Positions 17,732-26,299 of a DNA stretch of 64,000 nt are shown here, in pieces. Positions within the stretch are counted from its first letter, which is position 1. Each line of letters opens with the position of its first letter. The notes beneath the pieces were generated by a model. It made no database searches. It was not told where the DNA came from and was given only the letters and a program-made list of their open reading frames with translations. The stretch is taken from positions 36,667 through 100,666 of the forward strand of contig CALVGF010000003.1 of assembly GCA_944327025.1 (NCBI GenBank). Direction: 5' to 3'. This stretch comes from Candidatus Avelusimicrobium excrementipullorum (GTDB lineage: Bacteria > Elusimicrobiota > Elusimicrobia > Elusimicrobiales > Elusimicrobiaceae). The position numbers and the translations under genes are program-made.

Positions 17732-18308
17732 CTTAGACCTGCTCTCGCTCCTGCAGGAGCACGGGGCCGTGGTGGAAGGCCATTTTGTCATGCCTTCGGG
17801 CTTCCACAGCCAGACGTATATACAGACCTCCCTGCTTTTGCAGCACCCGAACCTGGCGCAGAAAATAGCGCGCGCCATGTCCGATAAATTTGCCGCCCAT
17901 GCCGATGTGGTCATGGCGCTGACGCCGTCCAACTCCGTGCTTGCGCAGGAAGTGGCGCGCGTGCGCGGCGCGCGGGCCATTTTCGCGTCCAAAGACGACA
18001 AGGGCGAAATGATTTTAAAACACAATTTTGTTATTAAGCCCGGCGAAACGGTGCTGTTGGTGGACGATGTAACCGTCGGCGGACGCAAAGTGCTGCGGGC
18101 CGAAGCGCTGGTTAAAGCCAGCGGGGCCAAAGTGCTGGGCGTGGCCGTGATGGTGGACCGTTCCATGGGCATTTTGCCGCTGGAACTGCCGCTGCGCGCA
18201 CTGCTGTCTTACCCGATGCAGACGTTTACCGCCAAGGACTGCCCGCTGTGTTCCTCCGGCATTCCCGTGCAGGAAGTGGACGACGTGTATAAGGAGCCGC
18301 AGGCGTGA
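17718..18308 (+). CDS. Orotate phosphoribosyltransferase-like PRTase
   Basis: PRPP-binding motif VLLVDDVTVGG. 196 aa with an AAGGAGA SD. Overlaps the asmA-like gene by 14 nt. Confidence 0.7.
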   Translation: MPRNNLDLLSLLQEHGAVVEGHFVMPSGFHSQTYIQTSLLLQHPNLAQKIARAMSDKFAAHADVVMALTPSNSVLAQEVARVRGARAIFASKDDKGEMILKHNFVIKPGETVLLVDDVTVGGRKVLRAEALVKASGAKVLGVAVMVDRSMGILPLELPLRALLSYPMQTFTAKDCPLCSSGIPVQEVDDVYKEPQA

Positions 18309-19477
18309 GAGAAATTAAATTAAAACCCAAAGAGCAGCGGCGCATTGCCGCGGGGCATTACTGGATTTTTTCCAATGAAATAGACGGGCTGGACAGCTCC
18401 GCAGACCCCGGCGAGCTGGTGCGCGTGCTGGACAGCGAAGGCAATACCGTAGGTACGGGGTTTTTTAACCCGCACAGTTTGATTGCCGTTCGCCTGGTGC
18501 AGAAAGGACCGCAGCCGCTGGCGGAAGATTTCATTTTTCAAAACCTGGACGCGGCCTATGAATACCGCAAAGAGCTGGGCGTGCGCAAATACGGCCGTAT
18601 GTGCTACGGGGAAAGCGACGCCATGCCCGGGCTGGTGGTGGACCGTTACGGCGATGTGCTGGTGGCGGAAATTTTGACGGCAGGCATGGAAAAACAAAAA
18701 GAAGCCGTCACCGCAGCACTGAAGAAAATTTTCCGTTCCAAGGGCATTCTTTACCGCGCAGACAGCGCTTTCCGTGCGCTGGAGGGACTGGGCAATACGC
18801 CTGAAACAGTCGGCGAAGTGCCCGAAACGGTGCAAATAGAAGAAAACGGCGTAAAGTATGAAGTCCCTCTTCTGGTCGGACAGAAAACGGGCTTTTATTA
18901 TGACCAGCGGGAAAACCGCGCTTTCTTAAAACCCTATTTTAAAGACAAACTCGTACTGGACCTGTACAGCTATATCGGCTCTTTCGGGCTGACGGCCGCC
19001 CTGGCCGGTGCGGCGCAGGTGTGGGGCTGCGATTCTTCGGCCGCCGCTGTGGAATTTGCCAATAAAAACGCTGAACTCAACGGCGTGAAAGATTTGGCTG
19101 TCTTTCACCGCGACGATGCCGAGCGCGTGCTTTCGGCCATGAAGAAAAAAGAACTGCCGGACCAGCCGGATTTTGTTCTGCTGGATCCGCCGGCCTTTGC
19201 CAAAAGCCGCAAGAACCTGCCCAAAGCCGTGGGACTGTACGTCAAACTGGTGCGCATGGCGCTGGAAGGATTGGAAAAGGGCGGTTATCTGGCTTTTTCC
19301 ACCTGTTCACACCATATTTCGCGCGAACTGTTTGCCGATATTATCCGCCAGGGCGTCAGCAAATCCGGCAAAAGCGCCGTGCTGCTGGAGCTGCGCGGGC
19401 AGGCCAAAGACCACCCCGTATTAATCGGCATGCCGGAAACGGAGTACCTGCATTTTGCGCTGCTAAAAGTATGCTGA
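18305..19477 (+). CDS. Class I SAM-dependent rRNA (cytosine-C5) methyltransferase, RlmI-like (PUA + MTase)
   Basis: The N-terminus (GHYWIFSNEI) is typical of the RlmI/YccW PUA region. The DPPAF motif is in the MTase core. GTGA overlap with the upstream gene. Confidence 0.8.
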   Translation: MREIKLKPKEQRRIAAGHYWIFSNEIDGLDSSADPGELVRVLDSEGNTVGTGFFNPHSLIAVRLVQKGPQPLAEDFIFQNLDAAYEYRKELGVRKYGRMCYGESDAMPGLVVDRYGDVLVAEILTAGMEKQKEAVTAALKKIFRSKGILYRADSAFRALEGLGNTPETVGEVPETVQIEENGVKYEVPLLVGQKTGFYYDQRENRAFLKPYFKDKLVLDLYSYIGSFGLTAALAGAAQVWGCDSSAAAVEFANKNAELNGVKDLAVFHRDDAERVLSAMKKKELPDQPDFVLLDPPAFAKSRKNLPKAVGLYVKLVRMALEGLEKGGYLAFSTCSHHISRELFADIIRQGVSKSGKSAVLLELRGQAKDHPVLIGMPETEYLHFALLKVC

Positions 19478-19562
19478 TAAACAGGACCCAAGAGCAGACG
19501 GGGCCTTTTGGCCCTGTTGCGTAGCGTTCATTTTTTTCATAATGGAAAGAAGGAGACCGTTT

Positions 19563-20333
19563 ATGAAGAAATCTGTCTTTATGTTAGGTGTATGTTTATG
19601 CCTGTGTTCGCTGGCCTATGCGGCGGACGGACAGCCTGATAAACAGCGCATGGCGCAATACCAGGCTTTGGAGAAGCAGCGGCAGGAACTGTTGGCCTGG
19701 CCGCACGAGCATGTGGGAGCCCCGTACTGGTCGGGCCAAAAACGCCTAAACCAGGCCAAAAAAATACGTTCCCAAATGTACACACAGTTTCAGGATGTGG
19801 AATTGTGGCGCATCGGCCGGCTGCAGCAGAAAATCAAAACTTTAAAAAAAGGGCTGAAGGACCTGCCTTTTTTCCCGTTTAATTCTTTGCCCTCTCAAAA
19901 CCTGGCGGCTATGGCGCAGAACGATATGCTTTTGTTGATGTTGCTGGAGGTTTATCCGGATAATGCGGCCAATATCCCTGCCGATGAACTCCTGCCGTTT
20001 TTGGCCGAGGATGAAAATTTGGAAAAGTATCTGGCGGACTATGTGGACTATTTGGAATCTTACAGACAGTTTCCAGAGTGTGTGGAAAAAATGGACGCTT
20101 ACAATCAAAACCAAATTAAGTTTGCCACGGGAAACAGACGGGTCAATAAGCGCCTGATGGCTGCTTTGGCCGCAGGCTGCCAAAAATATGCCCGACAGCA
20201 AAAGGAACAAAAACAGATGGAATTAAACCGCGCCAAACTGGCTCAGTCCATTCGTCTCTGGCAGAATGAAAATAAAAAGAAAAAAACGGACTCTTTCCCT
20301 TTCCTGTGGGGGAAAGCAAGTGTTTGGCCGTAA
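19563..20333 (+). CDS. Hypothetical secreted, predominantly helical protein (256 aa)
   Basis: SD AAGGAGACC. Signal peptide MKKSVFMLGVCLCLCSLAYA. No domain recognised. Confidence 0.55.
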   Translation: MKKSVFMLGVCLCLCSLAYAADGQPDKQRMAQYQALEKQRQELLAWPHEHVGAPYWSGQKRLNQAKKIRSQMYTQFQDVELWRIGRLQQKIKTLKKGLKDLPFFPFNSLPSQNLAAMAQNDMLLLMLLEVYPDNAANIPADELLPFLAEDENLEKYLADYVDYLESYRQFPECVEKMDAYNQNQIKFATGNRRVNKRLMAALAAGCQKYARQQKEQKQMELNRAKLAQSIRLWQNENKKKKTDSFPFLWGKASVWP

Positions 20334-20357
20334 TGTTTTTTCAAATCCGTTATATTT

Positions 20358-20366
20358 TGCTATAAT
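20358..20366 (+). promoter_or_regulatory. Extended -10 promoter TGcTATAAT for tRNA-Phe
   Basis: Ends 11 nt upstream of the mature tRNA 5' end. Confidence 0.6.
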
Positions 20367-20377
20367 ATAACGGTAAT

Positions 20378-20449
20378 GCCGAGGTAGCTCAGTGGTAGAG
20401 CACTGGTCTGAAAAACCAGGTGTCGACAGTTCGATCCTGTCCCTCGGCA
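20378..20449 (+). tRNA. tRNA-Phe (anticodon GAA)
   Basis: Manual cloverleaf: acceptor GCCGAGG/CCTCGGC, anticodon arm CTGGT-CTGAAAA-ACCAG, T arm GACAG-TTCGATC-CTGTC. CCA is not encoded. Confidence 0.9.
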
Positions 20450-20461
20450 TTTCTCTTTTAT

Positions 20462-20488
20462 AAACGCGCCTGAAAAGGCGCGTTTTTT
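20462..20488. terminator. Bidirectional intrinsic terminator (tRNA-Phe on +, GAF gene on -)
   Basis: AAA-CGCGCC-TGAAAA-GGCGCG-TTTTTT. Confidence 0.8.
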
Positions 20489-20543
20489 GTGTCATAAAAT
20501 TCCCTCAGACAAGAGGAGGATTTGTAGTATGGAAAGAAGCGTA

Positions 20544-20987
20544 TCAGAGAAGGGAAGCTATTTTTTGCAGGAACTGCGCGTCTTCCTCGTCAAAGCGGTT
20601 TAAGACGGGCGAATCTATGTCCAGCACGCCCCGTGGCCTGCCGTTTTGCATCAGCGGCACCACGATTTCACTGCGCGAAGCGGCGTCGCATGCAATATGC
20701 CCCGCAAAAGCGTGTACGTCTGGTACTATCAAGATTTCCCCTTTCACGACGGCCGTGCCGCATACGCCTTTGCCCAGGGGGATTTCCGCGCAGGCGGGCT
20801 TGCCCTGAAAAGGCCCCAGCCGCAGCATGTCCCCGTCCAAAAAGTAAAACCCCGCCCAGTTGATATCCGGCAGGTTTTGATACAGCAGCGCGGCCAGATT
20901 GGCCGCGTTGGTTACGGACCCAAAACGCGTTTCTGTCAGCGCGCGGGCCTGCTGCAATAAAGCGGCGTATAAAGCTGTTTTATTCAT
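20544..20987 (-). CDS. GAF-domain protein, free methionine-(R)-sulfoxide reductase-like (fRMsr/YebR type)
   Basis: 147 aa. WAGFYF, GPFQGKPAC..I..GKGVCG and IACD motifs are typical of the YebR/MsrC family. Start at ATG 20987; the longer ORF-track N-terminal extension is rejected. Confidence 0.8.
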   Translation of the reverse strand: MNKTALYAALLQQARALTETRFGSVTNAANLAALLYQNLPDINWAGFYFLDGDMLRLGPFQGKPACAEIPLGKGVCGTAVVKGEILIVPDVHAFAGHIACDAASRSEIVVPLMQNGRPRGVLDIDSPVLNRFDEEDAQFLQKIASLL

Positions 20988-20993
20988 AGAAAC

Positions 20994-21002
20994 AGTATAA
21001 CA
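20994..21002 (-). promoter_or_regulatory. Extended -10 (TGtTATACT) ending 6 nt before the ATG at 20987, giving a predicted leaderless transcript
   Basis: The minus strand reads TGTTATACT-GTTTCT-ATG, with no SD. Confidence 0.45.
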
Positions 21003-21083
21003 CATTGCCCGTTTTTTTGTTGCGCGGGCTCTAAAAAAAGACATATACTTTAATGGAGTGTTAGTGAGAAAGAAGGAGGCCCC

Positions 21084-21287
21084 ATGCCTAGAATAGAAGT
21101 GGACGCCAACCGCTGCAAGGCGTGTTATCTGTGCGTCAATACCTGCCCGAAAAAATGCCTGGGCAAGTCTAAAACCATCAGCAAGAAAGGTTATTTCCCC
21201 GCTGAAATGGTAAACCCGCAGGACTGCATCGGCTGTACGATGTGCTACATGGTGTGCCCGGACGTGGCCATTACCGTTATCAAATAA
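21084..21287 (+). CDS. korD: 2-oxoacid:ferredoxin oxidoreductase delta subunit (2x[4Fe-4S] ferredoxin-like)
   Basis: Two CxxCxxCxxxCP motifs (CKACYLCVNTCP, CIGCTMCYMVCP). Strong SD. The D-A-B-C gene order matches oorDABC/korDABC. Confidence 0.8.
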   Translation: MPRIEVDANRCKACYLCVNTCPKKCLGKSKTISKKGYFPAEMVNPQDCIGCTMCYMVCPDVAITVIK

Positions 21288-21304
21288 TTTTAAGAGGAAC
21301 AAAC

Positions 21305-22432
21305 ATGGCAGAAAAAACATTACGCAAGGGCAATGAAGCGCTGGCCGAGGGCGCCATACGCGCCGGTTGCCGTTTCTTTGCCGGATATCCCATTACCCCG
21401 CAGAACGAAGTGCCCGAATATATGGCGGCCCATATGGCCGATGCGGGCGGCGCTTTTGTGCAGGCCGAGAGCGAGGTATCGGCCATTAATATGGTGTACG
21501 GCTCCGCGGCCACCGGCACGCGGGCGATGACGTCTTCGTCCTCTCCCGGGGTCAGCCTCAAACAGGAAGGTATTTCCTATCTGGCCAGCGCGGATTTGCC
21601 GTGCCTGATCGTCAATATGATGCGCGGCGGCCCGGGCTTGGGCAATATTGCCGGGGCGCAGGGGGATTATTTCCAGGCCACCCGCGGCGGCGGCAACGGG
21701 GATTACCACATTTTTGTATTTGCACCCAACAGCGTGGAAGAACTGGGCAATTTCCCCAAAATGGCTTATGAACTGTCCGAAAAATACCGCATTCCGGCCA
21801 TGATTTTGGCTGACGGCATTTTGGGCCAGATGATGGAAAGCATGAGCTTCAATTTTGACCCCATTGACCCCAAAACGCTGGGCAAGTTTGACTGGGCGCT
21901 GGACATACACAAAAACGGCGCACCGAAAAACAATGTCTTTTCTTATAAAGGCGACAATCTGTCCGCCGATGTATGGGCCCGCGCCAAACGCTACGGCCTG
22001 GTGGAACGCGACGAAGTGCGCTTTGAAGAACGCAACGCCGAAGACTGCGACGTGCTGCTGGTGGCGTACGGGCTTTCTTCCCGCGCGTGCCTGGAGGCAT
22101 TAAGCAAAGCCCATGAAAAAGGGCTGAAGCTGGGCTTGCTGCGCCCGATTACGCTGTGGCCCTTCCCGTCCAAGCGTTTAAACGAGCTGGCCGGCAAAGT
22201 CAAAGCCGTGCTGACCGTGGAGCAGAGTCTGGGCCAGCTGGTACAGGACGTACGCCTGGCCGTCAACGGCAAAGCGCCCGTGTATTTAAACGCTTATCCG
22301 TCCGGCGACATTCCGAGCGGGGACAGCATTTTAACCGCCGCCGCTTCCGCTTTAAAAGGCGAAGGCGAGGGGTTGTTTGACCTGCAAAAATACAGTGAAG
22401 GATTTGAATGGAAAGGGGGGAGAAACAAATGA
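21305..22432 (+). CDS. korA: 2-oxoacid (2-oxoglutarate-type):ferredoxin oxidoreductase alpha subunit
   Basis: N-terminus GNEALAEGAIRAGCRFFAGYPITPQNE is typical of the alpha subunit. Substrate specificity cannot be read from the sequence. Confidence 0.85.
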   Translation: MAEKTLRKGNEALAEGAIRAGCRFFAGYPITPQNEVPEYMAAHMADAGGAFVQAESEVSAINMVYGSAATGTRAMTSSSSPGVSLKQEGISYLASADLPCLIVNMMRGGPGLGNIAGAQGDYFQATRGGGNGDYHIFVFAPNSVEELGNFPKMAYELSEKYRIPAMILADGILGQMMESMSFNFDPIDPKTLGKFDWALDIHKNGAPKNNVFSYKGDNLSADVWARAKRYGLVERDEVRFEERNAEDCDVLLVAYGLSSRACLEALSKAHEKGLKLGLLRPITLWPFPSKRLNELAGKVKAVLTVEQSLGQLVQDVRLAVNGKAPVYLNAYPSGDIPSGDSILTAAASALKGEGEGLFDLQKYSEGFEWKGGRNK

Positions 22433-23172
22433 CCGTGATTGCCAAAAAACCCCAAAGTTTAACCGATGTCCCCATGCACTATTGCCCGGGCTGCGGCCAC
22501 GGTATTGTGCATCGCTTAATGGCTGAAGCCATTGACGAATTGGGCATTGCCGACCGCGTTATCGGCGTGGCGCCGGTGGGCTGCGCGGTATTTGCCGACA
22601 GTTACTTTGCCTGTGATATGATACAGGGCGCGCATGGGCGCGGCCCGGCCATTGCCACGGGTATCAAGCGCTCCCGCCCCGACGCCATTGTGTTTTCCTA
22701 TCAGGGCGACGGCGATTTGGCCTCCATCGGCATGGCCGAAATCGTGCATGCGGCCGCGCGCAGCGAGCATATTACCGTGATTTTTATTAACAACGCCATT
22801 TACGGTATGACCGGCGGCCAAATGGCCCCCACCACGCTGGTGGGACAGGTGGCCACCACGGCCCCCAAAGGGCGCGATCCGCTGCTGCAGGGCTGGCCGA
22901 TTAACGTATGCGAAATGCTCAGCGCGCTGACGGGCGCCAAATATTTGGAGCGTGTGGCGGTGGACACGCCGCAGCATGTGATGGCGGCCAAAAAGGCCAT
23001 TAAAAAGGCGTTTGAAAATCAGGTCAAAGGCGTGGGCTTTTCCATGGTGGAAGTGCTCAGCCAGTGCCCGACCAACTGGGGCGTGGACCCGCTCAAATCG
23101 CTGGAGTTTGTGCGCACCAAAATGATGACCCAGTATCCGCTGGGCGTATTTAAAGACGAGGGGGCCAACTAA
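22429..23172 (+). CDS. korB: 2-oxoacid:ferredoxin oxidoreductase beta subunit (TPP-binding)
   Basis: CPGCGHG motif and TPP motif GDGD...NN..YGMTGGQ. ATGA overlap with alpha. Confidence 0.9.
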   Translation: MTVIAKKPQSLTDVPMHYCPGCGHGIVHRLMAEAIDELGIADRVIGVAPVGCAVFADSYFACDMIQGAHGRGPAIATGIKRSRPDAIVFSYQGDGDLASIGMAEIVHAAARSEHITVIFINNAIYGMTGGQMAPTTLVGQVATTAPKGRDPLLQGWPINVCEMLSALTGAKYLERVAVDTPQHVMAAKKAIKKAFENQVKGVGFSMVEVLSQCPTNWGVDPLKSLEFVRTKMMTQYPLGVFKDEGAN

Positions 23173-23708
23173 TGTACCAGGGAATCAGAATAGCCGGTTT
23201 CGGCGGACAGGGTGTGGTTTCCGCCGGTATTTTGCTTGCGCAGGCGGGCGTGGAAGAAAAGAAGAACGCCAGCTGGCTGCCCTCTTACGGGCCGGAAATG
23301 CGCGGCGGTACGGCCAACTGCTCGGTGGTAGTCACGGACGGGGAGGTGTTTACGCCCATCGTGTCGGCGCCGGATACGGTGATTATTATGAATGAGCCGT
23401 CCCTGCCGAAGTTTGAGCCGATGCTCAAGAAAGACGGGCTGATGATTATCAACAGTTCGCTGATTAACTCCCGCCCCGCACGCACGGATATCAAAGCCGT
23501 ATGCGTGCCGTGCAATGAAATCGCGCAGCAGGTCGGTTCGCCCCGCGTGGCCAATTTGGTCGCTTTGGGGGCGTTTTGCAAACTGACCGGCGCGGTGGAA
23601 GTGGAAGGCATCGTGCACGCCATGAAAAAGGTGTTCAAACGCGCCAAACCCGAAATGCTGGAGCTGAACAAAAAGGCCCTGCAGGCCGGATTTGATTATG
23701 TGAAATAA
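23172..23708 (+). CDS. korC: 2-oxoacid:ferredoxin oxidoreductase gamma subunit
   Basis: 178 aa with GFGGQGVVSAGILLA and YGPEMRGG motifs. TAATG junction with beta. Confidence 0.9.
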   Translation: MYQGIRIAGFGGQGVVSAGILLAQAGVEEKKNASWLPSYGPEMRGGTANCSVVVTDGEVFTPIVSAPDTVIIMNEPSLPKFEPMLKKDGLMIINSSLINSRPARTDIKAVCVPCNEIAQQVGSPRVANLVALGAFCKLTGAVEVEGIVHAMKKVFKRAKPEMLELNKKALQAGFDYVK

Positions 23709-23721
23709 ACAACTTACCGTT

Positions 23722-23750
23722 AAAAAACCGCCTTTCGGGGCGGTTTTTTT
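23722..23750. terminator. Bidirectional intrinsic terminator (kor operon on +, MFS gene on -)
   Basis: AAAAAA-CCGCC-TTTCGG-GGCGG-TTTTTTT. Confidence 0.8.
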
Positions 23751-23759
23751 GTTTGGAAA

Positions 23760-24992
23760 TTATATTTCGCTGGCGTCCTGTGCATAGTAGCGTATCAAAC
23801 GGCCTTCCGCACGGGCAAATTTGGCTGACAAATGCAGGAATAAACACGCGGGCAGCAGTACCGATAAACAGCCCAGCACCGCCATTTTTAGTCCAAACAC
23901 ATCGGACAAATGCCCTATCAGCGCCGGCGACAGCGCGTCCCCCAGCGCATGGATAATAAAGATATTTACCGCAAACGCCATGGAGCGCACTTTGCGGCTG
24001 CTGAGCGCCACCAGGGCCGCACTGACGGGACCCTGCGGCAGGAAAATAAACACCATGGCGATAAAAAACGTAATCAGCGAAAAAGGCATGCGGTGGCTGA
24101 CCACCCCCGCACCGGCAAACGGAATCATCAGAATAAAGCTGGCGGCAATAACCAAAAAATAAGCATAGTTTGTTTTTTTCAGCAGCCGGTCGGCTATTTT
24201 CCCGCCTAAAAAAGTGCCCAGCGCTCCCGCGGCGATGACCATGCCGCCGAATACCAGCCCCGCCCGTGCCACGTCCATATCAAAGAAACGGTGAAAGTAG
24301 GTGGGCATCCAGGCGGACAGGCCGCCCAATACAAAGGTTTGCATGGCGTGCGCCAGACACAAAAATAAAAACGGTTTGTTTTGCAGCAGGGCAATATATT
24401 GCCCCAGTCCGGGTTTTTTCCGGTTGTCCAAATTGCGGTGTTCGCGGTCTTTAATGCGCGTAAAAGCCAGCAGGGCCAGCACCAAGCCGGGGGCTCCCAC
24501 CAGCATAAACGCCATGCGCCAGCCCCAGGAGGCGCCGATCAGCCCGCCCAGCAAATAGCCCAGCGCGCCGCCCGCAGGCAAAGCCAGCCCGAAATAGGCC
24601 AGCACGGTGGCGCGCTTGTTTTTGGGGTATTGTTCCGCCAGAAAGGGCTGCGCAATGGTGGTAAATCCGCCTTCTCCCACGCCGATAAATGCGCGCGCCC
24701 CGAGCAGGGAGGCATAGTTTTTGGCCAGGCCGCTTAAAAAGGTGGCCGCGCTCCATAAAAGCGCGCTGGCGGCTATCCAGTATTGGCGGGGGTGGCGGTC
24801 GGCAAAAAAGCCTACGACGGGGGCATAGCACATATAAACCAGCATAAAAACAGACGCCAGCGTGCCCAGCTGAAAGTCCGTCAGATGTAAATCGTTTTGT
24901 ATCAGCGGAAAGACGGAAAAGAGCACCTGCCGGTCTATGTAATTAAACAGGTTTAACAAAAACAGAATCCAAAATAACCGTTTGGCGTTCAT
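23760..24992 (-). CDS. MFS transporter (Spinster-like subfamily)
   Basis: 410 aa with about 12 TM segments. The MFS motif region (GFFADRHPRQ) lies between TM2 and TM3. Confidence 0.8.
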   Translation of the reverse strand: MNAKRLFWILFLLNLFNYIDRQVLFSVFPLIQNDLHLTDFQLGTLASVFMLVYMCYAPVVGFFADRHPRQYWIAASALLWSAATFLSGLAKNYASLLGARAFIGVGEGGFTTIAQPFLAEQYPKNKRATVLAYFGLALPAGGALGYLLGGLIGASWGWRMAFMLVGAPGLVLALLAFTRIKDREHRNLDNRKKPGLGQYIALLQNKPFLFLCLAHAMQTFVLGGLSAWMPTYFHRFFDMDVARAGLVFGGMVIAAGALGTFLGGKIADRLLKKTNYAYFLVIAASFILMIPFAGAGVVSHRMPFSLITFFIAMVFIFLPQGPVSAALVALSSRKVRSMAFAVNIFIIHALGDALSPALIGHLSDVFGLKMAVLGCLSVLLPACLFLHLSAKFARAEGRLIRYYAQDASEI

Positions 24993-24999
24993 TACTTGT

Positions 25000-25005
25000 A
25001 TTCTA
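25000..25005 (-). promoter_or_regulatory. -10 box TAGAAT ending 7 nt before the ATG at 24992, giving a predicted leaderless transcript
   Basis: The minus strand reads TTTTATAGAAT-ACAAGTA-ATG, with no SD. Confidence 0.4.
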
Positions 25006-25078
25006 TAAAATATCGCAGAAGATAAGAGCCGGCCAAATATACGCGGAAATTTATATAATAAGCCAAAGAGGAGGGTGT

Positions 25079-25519
25079 ATGAAAAAGGGATTTACGCTGA
25101 TTGAACTTTTAATTGTTATGGTGGTGGTCACCATTTTGGTAACGGTGGCGCTGCCCGCCTATAAAACATCTATGGAAAAAGGCCGCGCCACGGAAGGCAT
25201 TGCCAACGCCGCGGCGGTAAGCGAGGCCATGAATGCCTTTTATATCCGCAACGGAAACAGTTACGGGACGGATGAGAGCCTGAAAACTTTTGTTTTGGGA
25301 AATATAGCCGACGGCGGCGTGGCCGGCATTACGCAGAGTAAAAATTTTGATGATCCGGATATTTCTTTTTTTAATAGGAACAGAGTAAACGTTACCATGT
25401 TTCGCAAGACGGGAGCTTACAGCATTACCTATACCAGCGAATACGGGCGGGTAACCAGCCGTACCTGCAGCGGCTCCACGCCGGCGGGAAGGAAATACTG
25501 CAAAGCCATCGGCTTTTAG
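25079..25519 (+). CDS. Type IV pilin-like protein (prepilin-type N-terminal cleavage/methylation domain), stand-alone
   Basis: MKKG|FTLIELLIVMVVV has G-1, F+1 and E+5. Strong SD GAGGAGGG. The gene has its own terminator and no neighbouring pilus-assembly genes. Confidence 0.85.
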   Translation: MKKGFTLIELLIVMVVVTILVTVALPAYKTSMEKGRATEGIANAAAVSEAMNAFYIRNGNSYGTDESLKTFVLGNIADGGVAGITQSKNFDDPDISFFNRNRVNVTMFRKTGAYSITYTSEYGRVTSRTCSGSTPAGRKYCKAIGF

Positions 25520-25532
25520 TTATTTTAAAGAG

Positions 25533-25557
25533 GCCCCGCTTTCCGGCGGGGCTTTTT
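25533..25557 (+). terminator. Intrinsic terminator after the pilin-like gene
   Basis: GCCCCGC-TTTCCG-GCGGGGC followed by TTTTT. Confidence 0.8.
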
Positions 25558-25564
25558 CATGTGC

Positions 25565-26032
25565 TTATTTCAAATAAGAAGTTTTGTTTTGGCGCAGCGC
25601 TTCAAACAGGGTGATGGCTGCGGAAGAAGAAAGGTTTAAAGAGCGCACGGGGCCCGTCATGGGAATGGTGAACAGCCGGTCGGCATATTTTTCGTAAAAA
25701 TCTTTGGGCAGACCGCAGGATTCCGCGCCGAAACATAAAAAACATCCGTCCGTAAACTGCGCGTCCCAATAGTTTTTTTGTCCCTTGGTGGACATAAAAA
25801 ACAGCTGTTCACGCTCCGGCCGGTTGGCCTGCAAAAATTCTTCCCAGGTTTCATAGCGGCGGTAGTCCAAATTCGGCCAGTAGTCCAGCCCCGAGCGGCG
25901 TATTTCTTTGGAAGCGATTTTAAAGCCCAGCTTGCCCACCAGGTGCAGCCGCGTGCCGGTGGCTACGCAGGAGCGGCCGATATTGCCGGTGTTAAAGGGA
26001 ATTTCGGGGTTAATCAGTACAATATTGAGCAT
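25565..26032 (-). CDS. trmL: tRNA (cytidine/uridine-34-2'-O)-methyltransferase TrmL (SpoU/TrmH family)
   Basis: 155 aa. N-terminus LNIVLINPEIPFNTGNIGRSC and C-terminal SLNLSSSAAI are the SPOUT knot motifs typical of TrmL/YibK. Confidence 0.9.
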   Translation of the reverse strand: MLNIVLINPEIPFNTGNIGRSCVATGTRLHLVGKLGFKIASKEIRRSGLDYWPNLDYRRYETWEEFLQANRPEREQLFFMSTKGQKNYWDAQFTDGCFLCFGAESCGLPKDFYEKYADRLFTIPMTGPVRSLNLSSSAAITLFEALRQNKTSYLK

Positions 26033-26140
26033 AACTGTTTTTTCAGGTACTCCGGGGCTGTCGCTTGCGTTCCGAATGCAGAAATATCAGAAGTGTGAGA
26101 TGTTTTATTGCAGCCGTGAAAGCGTTTAAATATGCTTTTT

Positions 26141-26258
26141 AGAAAATCTTGGAAGTGCTTTAAAAATCCCGTTTGGACGGAAGAAAAGTTTTTATGTTTG
26201 AGCGTAAGCGAGTTTAAAAACTTTCCGCCGAAACGGGATTTTTTACTTCCGATTTTCT
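26141..26258. repeat. Long imperfect inverted repeat (arms of about 45 nt around a 22-nt centre); candidate sRNA or MITE-like element
   Basis: Left arm AGAAAATCTTGGAAGTGCTTTAAAAATCCCGTTTGGACGGAAGAAAAGTTTTT. The reverse complement of the right arm is AGAAAATCGGAAGTAAAAAATCCCGTTTCGGCGGAAAGTTTTT. A possible promoter TTGCAG-17-TATGCT lies at 26108-26136, and AGCCTTTTT follows the hairpin on the + strand. Confidence 0.5.
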
Positions 26259-26267
26259 AGCCTTTTT

Positions 26268-26299
26268 GCCTACTTTTTCTGCGATGAGAAAAAGTAGGC
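26268..26299. repeat. Perfect 13-bp hairpin (GCCTACTTTTTCT-GCGATG-AGAAAAAGTAGGC)
   Basis: Read directly from the sequence. It is followed by a third small hairpin GGGGC-AGC-GCCCC (26307-26319), just downstream of the glgP stop on the minus strand. Confidence 0.6.
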
